In this document: piece by piece, positions 1-9,176 of the stretch
Layout of the letters: every line of letters begins with the position of its first letter
Numbering within the stretch: position 1 is the first letter of the stretch
DNA from: Actinomycetota bacterium
GTDB lineage: Bacteria; Actinomycetota; UBA4738; HRBIN12
Length of the DNA stretch: 64,000 nt
Direction of reading: 5' to 3'
Assembly (NCBI GenBank): GCA_040902745.1
Contig: JBBDWR010000014.1
Span: forward strand, 6,374-70,373
Notes under the pieces: generated by a model
Seen by the model: only the letters and a program-made list of their open reading frames with translations
Database searches by the model: none
Told to the model about the DNA's origin: nothing
Translations under genes and position numbers: made by a program

Positions 1-973
1 CCCCGACGGGCGCCTCATCGAGCAGCAGGCAAGCGGCACGTCGCTGATCGCCGGCCGCCATCAGACCTGGATCAACGTGCTCGCACCGGTCGAACGCGTC
101 CGGGCAGCGCGGGCGGAACGCGCATCCGGTGGGGATCTCCTGCGGGTCGGGAGGATCGCCACCGAGCCCGGCCGGGGCGCCGACGAACCGCTCGTCGCCG
201 ATCTTGGGGAACGCGGCCGCGAGCGCGCGCGTGTAGGGATGGCGTGGGTCCTCGAACACCCGACGCGCGGGACCCTCTTCCACGATGCGTCCCGCATACA
301 TCACGCTGAGCCGGTCACTGACTTCGGTGAGCACCGATAGATCGTGCGTGATGAACAGCATCGCCAGCCCCAGGTCGCGTTGCAGATCCTTCAACAGACG
401 GAGAACCTGCGCCTGCACCATCACGTCGAGCGCGGTCGTCGGCTCGTCGGCGATCACGAGCTTCGGCTCACATGCGAGCGCCATCGCGATCATCACCCGC
501 TGGCGCTGACCACCGGAGAACTCGTGTGAGAAGTCGCCCGAACGGCGAGCGGGGATCCCGACCTGCTCGAGCAGCTCCTCAACCCGAGCGTTGACGGCAC
601 GTCGCCCGGTCTGGGTCCCGTGCGCGAGCATCGCTTCGGCGATCTGATCGCCCACGCGGATCACCGGATCGAGCGAGTGCATCGCTCCCTGGAACACGAT
701 CGAGGCTTGCGACCAGCGGATCGCGCGGACCTCGCTGCGCGACATGCTCAGGACGTCGTGCCCGTCGAGCTTGACCTGGCCGGTGACTTCCGTGCCTTCG
801 GGGAGCAGACGCAGCAGCGCCAGTCCCATCGTCGATTTCCCACATCCCGATTCGCCGGCGAGTCCGACGAGCTCCCCGCGTTCGATCCGCAGGTCGATAC
901 CCCGGACGGCCGGGACGTTTCCACTCTCGGTCTTGTACGTCACGGCCAGGTCGGAGACTTCGAGGATGCTCAT
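1..973 (-). CDS. peptide ABC transporter ATP-binding protein (DppD/OppD-like); C-terminus runs off window start
   Basis: Minus-strand ATG at 973..971 overlaps the upstream permease stop (ATGA). Manual translation gives Walker A GESGCGKST, signature FSGGQRQR, Walker B LVIADEPTTALD and a Cys-containing oligopeptide-ATPase C-terminal tail. No stop codon before position 1. Confidence 0.85.
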   Translation of the reverse strand, partial: MSILEVSDLAVTYKTESGNVPAVRGIDLRIERGELVGLAGESGCGKSTMGLALLRLLPEGTEVTGQVKLDGHDVLSMSRSEVRAIRWSQASIVFQGAMHSLDPVIRVGDQIAEAMLAHGTQTGRRAVNARVEELLEQVGIPARRSGDFSHEFSGGQRQRVMIAMALACEPKLVIADEPTTALDVMVQAQVLRLLKDLQRDLGLAMLFITHDLSVLTEVSDRLSVMYAGRIVEEGPARRVFEDPRHPYTRALAAAFPKIGDERFVGAPAGLGGDPPDPQEIPTGCAFRPRCPDAFDRCEHVDPGLMAAGDQRRAACLLLDEAPVG

Positions 974-1881
974 CGGCGACGCAACCTCGGGTTGATGATC
1001 TCGTCGAGAGCGTAGCCGCACATCGTGAACGCAAGCGTGACGAGCACGATCGCGATGCCCGGCGCGGCGAGCCACCACCACGCGCCGAGCGTCGAGGCCC
1101 CCTCGGCGAAGGCGTTCTCAAGGATCGCTCCCCACGAGATCCGCGACGGATCGCCGAGCCCGAGGAACGACAGTGTCGATTCGGACAGGATCGCCAGCGC
1201 GACCGTCAGGATCGTGTTCGCGAAGATCACCGGGAACACGTTCGGCAGCACGTGGTGAGCGATCAGGTGCCGTTCCTTCGCCCCAAGCCCGCGGGCACGC
1301 TCGACGTACAGCCGCTCGCGCACCGACAACACCTGGGCCCGGACGAGCCGCGCCGTCCCCGCCCACGAGGTGAGCCCGATCACGAGCGTGATGATCAGCA
1401 GCGACTGCCCGAGGATCGCGGCCAGCGTGATCGCGAGCGCGAGCCAGGGGATCACTAGGAACCAGTCCGTCAAACGCATCAGCACGGAGTCGACGAACCC
1501 GCCCCGGTACCCGGCGATGATCCCGATCGCCGAGCCGATCACCATCGACACGACCGTCGCGAGCAGCCCCACCATCAGCGAGATCCGCGAGCCCCAGATC
1601 ACGAGCGAGAGCACCGACCTGCCGAAGTTGTCGGTCCCGAAGGGGTACTCCAAGCTCGGCGGGGCGAGGATCGGCCCGGACGCCGTCGTCTCATCGAGAT
1701 CGGAGAAGTCGGCGAGGAACGGTGCGAACACCGCGACGAGGATCGCCGCGACGAGGACCACGAGACCGGCCATGCCCATCTTGCTGCGCCGGAACGTCTC
1801 CCAGGTACGCCCAGCCGTCGCCCGGCGCCGCGCCCAGGCGAGCTGGCGGGACGAGGTCTGGGGCGCCATGACCTTCGCCAT
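970..1881 (-). CDS. peptide ABC transporter permease (DppC/OppC family)
   Basis: 303-aa ORF with multiple TM segments and a BPD-transporter inner-membrane signature. Start is coupled to the stop of the upstream permease. Confidence 0.85.
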   Translation of the reverse strand: MAKVMAPQTSSRQLAWARRRATAGRTWETFRRSKMGMAGLVVLVAAILVAVFAPFLADFSDLDETTASGPILAPPSLEYPFGTDNFGRSVLSLVIWGSRISLMVGLLATVVSMVIGSAIGIIAGYRGGFVDSVLMRLTDWFLVIPWLALAITLAAILGQSLLIITLVIGLTSWAGTARLVRAQVLSVRERLYVERARGLGAKERHLIAHHVLPNVFPVIFANTILTVALAILSESTLSFLGLGDPSRISWGAILENAFAEGASTLGAWWWLAAPGIAIVLVTLAFTMCGYALDEIINPRLRRR

Positions 1882-2807
1882 CAGGCCTCCCGCACCCGTG
1901 GATCGAGCCTGCCGTACACGAGGTCCGCCACCAGGTTCGCGACCACGACCGCGAGACTGAAGAACAGGAACATGCCCTGCAGCAGCTGGTAGTCCTGCGC
2001 GTCGAGCGCGGTCAGCGTGAGGTTCCCCACGCCCGGATAGCTGAAGACGATCTCGACGGTGAGCGCGCCGCCGATCACGAACCCGAAGCTGAGCGCGACC
2101 AATGTGACGGTGGGCAACATCGCGTTACGGACCGCGTGCCGCCACAGCACCTTGTCCTCGCGGACCCCCTTCGCCCGCACGGTGGTGATGTAGTCCTCGC
2201 CGAGCACGTCGAGCAGGGACGAGCGCATCAGGATGTAGTACTCACCGATGTAGGCCAGCGTCAGCGTCAGTGCCGGCAGGAACATGTGGTTCAGGATGTC
2301 GACGACGCTCGCGAACCCGGTGAACCCCGAGTCGATCGTCTCGAACCCTCCCTGCGGGAACCAACCGAGCGTCGTGGCGAACAGGGTCAGCAGCATCATC
2401 CCGAGCCAGAACTCCGGCATCGAATAGAACAGCAGCGAGACCCCCATCGAGGTCAGGTCCCCCTTGCTGCCGCGCCGCCACCCCCCGCGGATCCCCATGT
2501 ACAGGCCGATCGCGACCGTGAACACGGTCGAGACGCCGATCAGCAGCAGGGTCGGCCACAGGAACTCGAGGAACACCTCCGACACGGGCGCGGTGTAGAG
2601 CAGCGAGGTCCCGAGATCGAGACGGGCGAGGTCGCCGAGGTAGTCGAAGAACTGGGGCAGCAGCGGCTGATCCAGGCCCAGCTCGGTGATCTTCTGCTGG
2701 CGTTCGGTCTGGCTCAGCTGCTTGCCCTCGACCCGGGTAAGGATCGCCACCGGGTCGCTCGGCATGATCCGGAACAGGAAGAAGTTGAACGAGACGACGA
2801 ACAGCAT
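1881..2807 (-). CDS. peptide ABC transporter permease (DppB/OppB family)
   Basis: 308-aa multi-TM ORF. Typical DppB-like N-terminus and EAA-loop region. Same operon orientation as neighbours. Confidence 0.85.
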   Translation of the reverse strand: MLFVVSFNFFLFRIMPSDPVAILTRVEGKQLSQTERQQKITELGLDQPLLPQFFDYLGDLARLDLGTSLLYTAPVSEVFLEFLWPTLLLIGVSTVFTVAIGLYMGIRGGWRRGSKGDLTSMGVSLLFYSMPEFWLGMMLLTLFATTLGWFPQGGFETIDSGFTGFASVVDILNHMFLPALTLTLAYIGEYYILMRSSLLDVLGEDYITTVRAKGVREDKVLWRHAVRNAMLPTVTLVALSFGFVIGGALTVEIVFSYPGVGNLTLTALDAQDYQLLQGMFLFFSLAVVVANLVADLVYGRLDPRVREA

Positions 2808-2854
2808 CGTGAAGAGGGCCTGGCCGATCTTCTTCAGGACGTAGCCGCGTCCGT

Positions 2855-4654
2855 TCAGTCGCGTTCCTCCCGGCGGCGACGCACCAGCACGGTGGCCCCG
2901 ATCACGACCACCACCACAGCCACGATCGCGATCCAGATCCCCCCGGAGACACCGCCCTCGGCCTCGGCCGCGGTGCCGACGTTCCCGTCGGCGGGGCGCA
3001 ACGAGCGGATCGTGTACGGCGTGTACTGGTACATCAGGTACCCGTTCGGCGACGGGTTCTCCACGAAACCCGTCCAGCGATCCTGGCGGTAGGCCTCGAG
3101 GTCGTTCTCGTAGTACAGGACGATCTCCGGCGCGTTCTCATACAGGTGCCGCTGCATGTCGTCGACGAGCACCTCCCGCTCCTCCCGCTCGTACGCCCGC
3201 TTCTGACGTTCGTACATCCGGTCGTACTCCTCGTTCGAGTAGCAGGTGTCGCTCCAGAACAGGCACTGCTTCGTCGTGAACGTCGAGAGCATGAAGTCCG
3301 GGTCGGGGCCGAGCTCCCACCCGTAGATGTACATGTCGAAGTCGAGGTCGTAGTACCGGTCGAGGATCGCCCCGCTCGACATCGTCTCGCTCTGCACGTC
3401 GATGCCGATGTCGCCGAGCCAGTCCTCGAAGAACGGCACCATCCGCGCCGACCCCGTGTCGTTCGCGTCCGAGAACAGCCGAAGCTCGAGCGGATCCCCG
3501 TCCGGTGATTCGCGAACGCCGTCGCCGTCCGAGTCCTCGTACCCCGCCTCGTCCAGGATCGCGTTCGCCTCCGTGAGGTCGAACCCGATCCGCTCCTCCT
3601 CGGTCGGTTCGTAGTGCCACTGGGCGAACTGCGGCGCGATGATCGTCGAGCCGGGGACGCCGTACCCCTGAACGGCGACCTCGACGAGCCGCTCCTTGTC
3701 GATCGCGTGCGCGATCGCGCGACGTAGCTCGACGTCGAACAACGCCGGGTGGCCCGTGCTCTGCTCGTCACCGTCGTACAGGTTGAAGTTCAGGTTCGTG
3801 AAGTTCGCGGAGCCGCCGACGTGGGTGCCGATGTCGGGCTCGTCCTGGAGCGTCTCGAACAGGTTCGCGGGGATGTACTCGCCGTAGTCCACCGTTCCCC
3901 GCTGCAGCGCCTGCACGACCGCCTCGTCGGTGCCGAACTGACGGAACACGACCTCGTCGACCTGCGGCGCTCCCCGGTAGTAGCTCGGGTTGGCCTCCAT
4001 CCGGAGGAACTGCCCCTTCTTCCACTCCGCGATCGTGAACGGCCCCGAGACGACGGGGAAGTCGTCGTTCGGGTATTCGAGGAACTCCTCCACGCTCATG
4101 TCGCCGAAGACGTGTTCGGGGAGCACGAGGATCCCGGGGAGTCCGGGCTGCGCCGTCGGCTTCGTGGTCTTCCAGACGATCGTGCGGTCGTCGGTCGCCT
4201 CGATCGAGTCGGTGAAGGGGAAGTTGTCGATGTATTCGCCGATGTCGTTGTCGACGATGAAGTTTGCGAACCACTCGAAGTCGTGGGCGGTCAGGGGTTC
4301 CCCGTCGCTCCAGGTGAGCCCCTCCCGCAGCGTGAACGTCCAGGTCAGGCCGTCTTCGCTCTGGGTCCAGCTCTCGGCGAGGCCGGGGACGGTGCTGAGG
4401 TCGTCCTGTGCGAAGTCGAGCAGCGTCTCGTACATGAACGAGTAGACGAAGCCGTCGATCGCGTTGACCTGGGAGATCGGGTTCACATTCCGGACCTCGC
4501 GCGTGTCGCCGATCGTGAAGACCACGGGCCCGTCGGCGTCGGCGTCGGAGGGCGAGGGGGTCGCTTCCTGGGCCGACGCGAGCGAGACCCCGATCGGGCC
4601 CGCGAGCATCGCTCCCGCGATCAACGACAGCACGAACCGACGGATCTTCGCCAT
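2855..4654 (-). CDS. ABC transporter substrate-binding protein, family 5 (peptide/nickel), with N-terminal signal peptide and C-terminal TM anchor
   Basis: 599-aa ORF. N-terminus MAKIRRFVLSLIAGAMLAGPIGVSLASAQE looks like a signal peptide with an ASA-Q cleavage site. SBP_bac_5-like body. C-terminus GGIWIAIVAVVVVVIGATVLVRRRREERD is a hydrophobic helix followed by a basic tail. Confidence 0.8.
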   Translation of the reverse strand: MAKIRRFVLSLIAGAMLAGPIGVSLASAQEATPSPSDADADGPVVFTIGDTREVRNVNPISQVNAIDGFVYSFMYETLLDFAQDDLSTVPGLAESWTQSEDGLTWTFTLREGLTWSDGEPLTAHDFEWFANFIVDNDIGEYIDNFPFTDSIEATDDRTIVWKTTKPTAQPGLPGILVLPEHVFGDMSVEEFLEYPNDDFPVVSGPFTIAEWKKGQFLRMEANPSYYRGAPQVDEVVFRQFGTDEAVVQALQRGTVDYGEYIPANLFETLQDEPDIGTHVGGSANFTNLNFNLYDGDEQSTGHPALFDVELRRAIAHAIDKERLVEVAVQGYGVPGSTIIAPQFAQWHYEPTEEERIGFDLTEANAILDEAGYEDSDGDGVRESPDGDPLELRLFSDANDTGSARMVPFFEDWLGDIGIDVQSETMSSGAILDRYYDLDFDMYIYGWELGPDPDFMLSTFTTKQCLFWSDTCYSNEEYDRMYERQKRAYEREEREVLVDDMQRHLYENAPEIVLYYENDLEAYRQDRWTGFVENPSPNGYLMYQYTPYTIRSLRPADGNVGTAAEAEGGVSGGIWIAIVAVVVVVIGATVLVRRRREERD

Positions 4655-4835
4655 CCCGTTCCCCCTCCGCTCGTTGTTCCGTTCCGTCCCCGAACGGCCG
4701 GATGATTACAGGGTCGGCCGCCGAAAGTCCAGGCAGTGTTCGGAGAACGAGTCCTTGAGCGGAAGAACCCATCCACGCACGGAGGAACGCTCCAGGCTCG
4801 ACCCGCGACGGGCTCGACGGTAGGCTTCCACACCC

Positions 4836-7829
4836 ATGCCCGAGGTCCCCCGCTCACCGGAGTCCGCCTTTCCGCCCGAGCCGCCGGAGTTCGACCCTCG
4901 ACACCACGGGTTGGTGGACCAGATCCCTGCCGTGACCTACGTGATGCCACCCGGATGGCCCGAGCATCCGTGCGTCTACATCAGCCCACAGCTCGAAACG
5001 CTGCTCGGCTACTCCCCCGAGGAGTGGATGGACGACGCCGAGATCTGGCTACGGGCACTACATCCGGACGACCGCGAGCGTGTCGTCTCAGTCAGCAGGA
5101 GTGTCGACGAAACGCACGAGCCCTGGGACATGGAGTACCGGCTGCGCCGTCGCGGAAACGACGAGGTCTGGGTATGGGTCCACGACCGCGCGACGAACCT
5201 GCGTGATCGGTCCGGCACGCAGATGTGGCACGGCGTCCTGATCGATATCACGCAACGCAAGCACATCCAGGAAGCATTGCGCGCATCCGAGGACAAGTAC
5301 CGGACGCTGGTGGAGCAGATCCCCGCAGTCGTGTACGTCACCACCAACTCGCCGCAACCCGAGTCCATGTTCCTCTCGCCCCAGGTCGAACAGCTCACGG
5401 GCTACAGCGTCGAGGAGCTCACCTCAAGCGAAGGGGAGGGTGGCATCTACCACCGGCGGATCCTCACCGAGGACCTGGAGAAGATCTCCGGTACCTGGTT
5501 CGAAGCCGTGCAGGAGGAGCAGCCCTTCGAATGGGAGTACCGATTCCGGCGCAAGGACGGAAGGCTCGTGTGGCTGCGAGACCACTCCGTGCCGATCCCC
5601 AGTGTCGGCAAGAGCCCGGCGCTGCGCCAGGGAGCGATCTTCGACATCAGCGAGCAGAAGCGCCACCAGGACGCGCTGTACGAGAGCGACGAGCGCTACC
5701 GCACGCTCGTGGAGCAGGTGCCCGCGATCGTGTATCTCGTCTCCAACGGAGAGCCACCCGAACTCGTCTACGTGAGTCCTTCCGTACGGACGATCACCGG
5801 CTTCGACGAGGAGGAACTGCGAGCCGACCCGCGATTGTGGCTCTCGCGCGTGCCACGCGACGCCTTCGACGCCACCTCGGAGCGATGGACCGCCGCGGTG
5901 CAACAGCAGAAACCGTTGGAGCACGAGTACCCGTTCCTTCGCAAAGACGGCCTGCGCATCTGGCTGAAGGATCGCAGCGTTCCGCTGCGCGACGCCGACG
6001 GCAACGTCCGCTACCGGCAGGGCATCACACTCGACGTATCGGATCGCGTGAGACGCGAACAGCAACTGCGTGAGTCCGAGTCGATGTACCGGGCGCTCGT
6101 GGAGAACATCCCCGCCGTCGTCTACATCATCGCGCCCGACGGCGACGGCTCCACGCTGTACGTGAGCCCCCACGTGGAGCGTCTGCTCGGCTATACGCGC
6201 GACGAGTGGCTCGACCAGCCGGACATCTGGATGGAGCTGCTGCATCCCGACGACCGCGAGCGCGTCCTCGACGCCTACGACCGCGCGAACGAATCCGGTG
6301 GGGTGTGGAGCGGCGAGTACCGCCTGATCGCCGACGACGGGCGCGTCGTGTGGTTCCGAGACGACGCGACGCTGGTGCGCGATAGCGCCGGCAACCCGCA
6401 GTTCTGGCAGGGCGTACGCCTCGATATCACCGTGCAGAAGCAGGCGCAGGAGGACCTGCGCACTGCCCGGGACGACCTGGATGTGCGCGTTCGGGAACGC
6501 ACGGCGATGCTGGAAGAAGCGAACGAGATGATGATGCTCGAGATCGCCGAACGGAAGTCGACCGAGCAGCAACTGCGACGCGCCGAAGAGAAGTACCGCG
6601 GACTCGTCGAGCAGATCCCCGGCGCCGTCGCCTACCTCTGGGAGGTGGATGACTCCGGGACGTTCACTGAGGCCTACACCAGCCCTGCGATCGAACACCT
6701 CCTCGGGTACACGGTGCACGAGTGGCACGAGGGTGAGTTCTGGCGGAGCCGTGTGCATCCCGACGACTACGAAGCGATGAAGGAGGCGACCCGCCGCTCT
6801 GAGCGCGACGGGGAGGCGTTCGATCAAGAGGTGCGCTACCTCCACAAGGACGGGAAGGTCGTCTGGGTGCACGAGAAGGCGGCGCTCATGGAGCGCGGGC
6901 CCGACGGCAGACCGAAGCTGTTCAATGCCGTGATGCTCGACATCACCGCGCGCAAGGAGGTCGAGACGAGGATCCGTGCGGCCGAGGACCGACATCGCGT
7001 GGTGCTCGAGCAGATCCCCGGGGCGGTCGCCTACGTGTGGGAGACCAGCGACGGGAAAGGGAGTCGCTCGTTCGACTACACGAGTCCACAGATCTCCGAC
7101 GTCCTCGGCTATACACCCGCGGAGTGGCGGTCTCGATCGACCTTCTGGACCGACCGCGTGCATCCGGACGATCGCGACCGGGTGTGGGACGCCACCGTCC
7201 GCTGCGAGGAGACGGGTGAACCTTTCGCGATGGAGTACCGCTACCTCGCCAAGGACGGCCGGGTGGTGTGGGTTCGCGATCAGGCAGTGCTCGTCGAGCG
7301 CTCACTCGAAGGGGCGCCGTGGATCTTCCAAGGCGTGTTCTTCGACATCACCGAGCGCATGCAGTACGAACGTCAGATCAAAGACGCGGAGAAGCGGTAT
7401 CGGACGCTGGTCGAACAGCTCCCGGCGATCGTGTACGTCGAAGCCGTCGATCACACCGACAGCACGGCGAGTCGCATCGTGTTCGTGAGTCCACAGGTCG
7501 AGGAGGTGCTCGGCTACAGCGCGGAGGAACTGATCACGGAACCCAACCACATGCAGCGGATCATCCATCCGGACGACTACCCCGGATTCCTCGAGGAGGA
7601 CCGCAGGTCTGGCCGCACAGGGACCCCGTTCTCCTTCGAGTACCGCGCGATCGCCAAGGACGGTTCGACCGTGTGGCTGCACAGCCGGGCGGCCCTTGTG
7701 CGCGATGAAGAGGGTCGCCCGAGATTCTGGCACGGGCTTGCCCTGGACGTGACCCATCTGCACCCGGAGCCGGCGCCGGCAGATAGCGCGGGGGGCGCTC
7801 GCGAGATCGAGGGCTCCGACCAGGCCTGA
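4836..7829 (+). CDS. multi-PAS/PAC sensor-domain protein (about 8 tandem PAS domains, no recognisable output domain)
   Basis: 997-aa ORF. Repeated ~125-aa units each begin with a YRTLVEQIPAVVYV-like motif and end with a W..G(V/I).DIT PAC-like motif. No HisKA/HATPase, GGDEF, EAL or HTH domain at either end. Confidence 0.8.
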   Translation: MPEVPRSPESAFPPEPPEFDPRHHGLVDQIPAVTYVMPPGWPEHPCVYISPQLETLLGYSPEEWMDDAEIWLRALHPDDRERVVSVSRSVDETHEPWDMEYRLRRRGNDEVWVWVHDRATNLRDRSGTQMWHGVLIDITQRKHIQEALRASEDKYRTLVEQIPAVVYVTTNSPQPESMFLSPQVEQLTGYSVEELTSSEGEGGIYHRRILTEDLEKISGTWFEAVQEEQPFEWEYRFRRKDGRLVWLRDHSVPIPSVGKSPALRQGAIFDISEQKRHQDALYESDERYRTLVEQVPAIVYLVSNGEPPELVYVSPSVRTITGFDEEELRADPRLWLSRVPRDAFDATSERWTAAVQQQKPLEHEYPFLRKDGLRIWLKDRSVPLRDADGNVRYRQGITLDVSDRVRREQQLRESESMYRALVENIPAVVYIIAPDGDGSTLYVSPHVERLLGYTRDEWLDQPDIWMELLHPDDRERVLDAYDRANESGGVWSGEYRLIADDGRVVWFRDDATLVRDSAGNPQFWQGVRLDITVQKQAQEDLRTARDDLDVRVRERTAMLEEANEMMMLEIAERKSTEQQLRRAEEKYRGLVEQIPGAVAYLWEVDDSGTFTEAYTSPAIEHLLGYTVHEWHEGEFWRSRVHPDDYEAMKEATRRSERDGEAFDQEVRYLHKDGKVVWVHEKAALMERGPDGRPKLFNAVMLDITARKEVETRIRAAEDRHRVVLEQIPGAVAYVWETSDGKGSRSFDYTSPQISDVLGYTPAEWRSRSTFWTDRVHPDDRDRVWDATVRCEETGEPFAMEYRYLAKDGRVVWVRDQAVLVERSLEGAPWIFQGVFFDITERMQYERQIKDAEKRYRTLVEQLPAIVYVEAVDHTDSTASRIVFVSPQVEEVLGYSAEELITEPNHMQRIIHPDDYPGFLEEDRRSGRTGTPFSFEYRAIAKDGSTVWLHSRAALVRDEEGRPRFWHGLALDVTHLHPEPAPADSAGGAREIEGSDQA
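5280..7760. repeat. diverged tandem array of ~375-nt PAS-encoding repeat units inside the multi-PAS gene
   Basis: Recurrent nucleotide motifs such as taccg(g/c)acgct(g/c)gtggagcagatccccgc...gtgtacgtc recur at roughly 375-nt spacing, mirroring the protein repeats. Confidence 0.6.
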
Positions 7830-7994
7830 GCTTCCAGCGGCCCCCCGGCCCTCGTGCCTGTAGTCGCGCCTCGCACCTGCTCCTAGCGACACCCGCAGCC
7901 GGAAGTCGGTATCGCCCGCTACCTGAGATTAGGTAGAACTGCCCATCTACCCGGCTTCGGGTACTGCCGATTACCGAAATAGGAGGAGTGGACC

Positions 7995-8591
7995 ATGGCA
8001 ACGACGGCAGCGGCACTGACGGGGTTCACCCCCCGGGCACACGCGCGGCACAGGCTCGCAGCACGCGTGGCCTTGTCGGCGCTGGTCGTCGCCGTTCTCG
8101 GACCACTCGCCGTGATGAACCTGGCCGCCGCGATGGACCCATCCTCGACCGGTGGAGGCCAGGGATTTGCCCAGGAGCGATCGATCGTCGCGTCCTCCAG
8201 CGGAGCGCTGTCATTCGATGCTGCGGCACCGGGTGCGACCGCGACCGAATACGTGACGGTACGCACGCCGGTCTCGAGCCCGGGCGTCGAACTGTCCGCG
8301 ACCGTCACCGGTACGGGCCTCGATCGATCGATCCAGATCCGCATCGTTCGCGGTTCCGGACGAGGGACGGCGTTTAGTCCCGACGTCACGGATCATTCGG
8401 ACCTGGGCCGGGGCGTGTTGTACGAAGGCACCCTCGCCGGGCTGGGAACCACCACGTTGGCCGACCCGTCCGCATCGTGGGCCCGGGACGAGGAGCACAC
8501 CTATCGGATCGTCGGCACACTCGACGACTCGAACGCCGCCCAGGGCCTGACCGCATCGGTCGATCTGGCCTGGGCCACTCGGCCCGACTGA
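7995..8591 (+). CDS. secreted hypothetical protein (signal peptide)
   Basis: 198-aa ORF preceded by a GGAGGAG RBS at 7981-7987. N-terminal basic region followed by a hydrophobic stretch (LSALVVAVLGPLAVMNLAAA). No recognisable catalytic motifs. Confidence 0.6.
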   Translation: MATTAAALTGFTPRAHARHRLAARVALSALVVAVLGPLAVMNLAAAMDPSSTGGGQGFAQERSIVASSSGALSFDAAAPGATATEYVTVRTPVSSPGVELSATVTGTGLDRSIQIRIVRGSGRGTAFSPDVTDHSDLGRGVLYEGTLAGLGTTTLADPSASWARDEEHTYRIVGTLDDSNAAQGLTASVDLAWATRPD

Positions 8592-8653
8592 ATCCCGGGG
8601 TCTTCGCTCGCTGTCGTCAGCGTGCGATCGGAGTGGTCTGCTACGGTCGGTCG

Positions 8654-9163
8654 ATGAGCAAGTCCCTGCTGGGAGACGCGTTCGCCCACCACGTGTGGGC
8701 GACGGTGCGATTGATCGACACGTGCCTCCCGTTCAGCTCGGAGCAGCTGGAGACATCCGTGCCCGGCACCTACGGTTCGATCCTCCAGACGCAGCGCCAC
8801 CTCGTCGGGGCCGACGCCTCGTACCTGTTCGTCGTGAGCGGAGAGCGCGTCCCTCAGATCGACGAGGACCACATGAGTCTGCAGGAACTTCGGGACACGA
8901 TGCAGGCGCACGACACCGCATGGTCGCAGCTCCTGGGAGAAGACCTCGATCCGGACGCCGTGTTGCAGCGGCGCCATGACGACGGATCGGTGACCCGCGC
9001 GCCGATGGGCATCCGGCTCGCGCAGGCGCTGCATCACGGAACCGATCATCGGAGCCAGATCTGCACCACGCTCACGACACTCGGGGTGCAACCCCCCGAC
9101 ATCGATGTGTGGGACTTCGGCTGGCAGGACGATCGCGTCGAAGAGGTTCCACCCTCGGCCTGA
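8654..9163 (+). CDS. DinB/YfiT-like (DinB_2) family protein
   Basis: ATG at 8654 gives MSKSLLGDAFAHHVWATVRLIDT...; His-rich four-helix-bundle signature typical of DinB-family metalloproteins. The longer 8477 start overlaps the upstream gene and lacks an RBS. Confidence 0.6.
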   Translation: MSKSLLGDAFAHHVWATVRLIDTCLPFSSEQLETSVPGTYGSILQTQRHLVGADASYLFVVSGERVPQIDEDHMSLQELRDTMQAHDTAWSQLLGEDLDPDAVLQRRHDDGSVTRAPMGIRLAQALHHGTDHRSQICTTLTTLGVQPPDIDVWDFGWQDDRVEEVPPSA

Positions 9164-9176
9164 CGCGGGCGGGGTC

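Noticed and set aside
5424-7163. 579-aa minus-strand ORF antisense to the multi-PAS gene
   Set aside because: Antisense ORF typical of ~70% GC DNA. Arg/Pro/Gly-rich low-complexity translation, no motifs. The sense strand has a clear PAS repeat structure.
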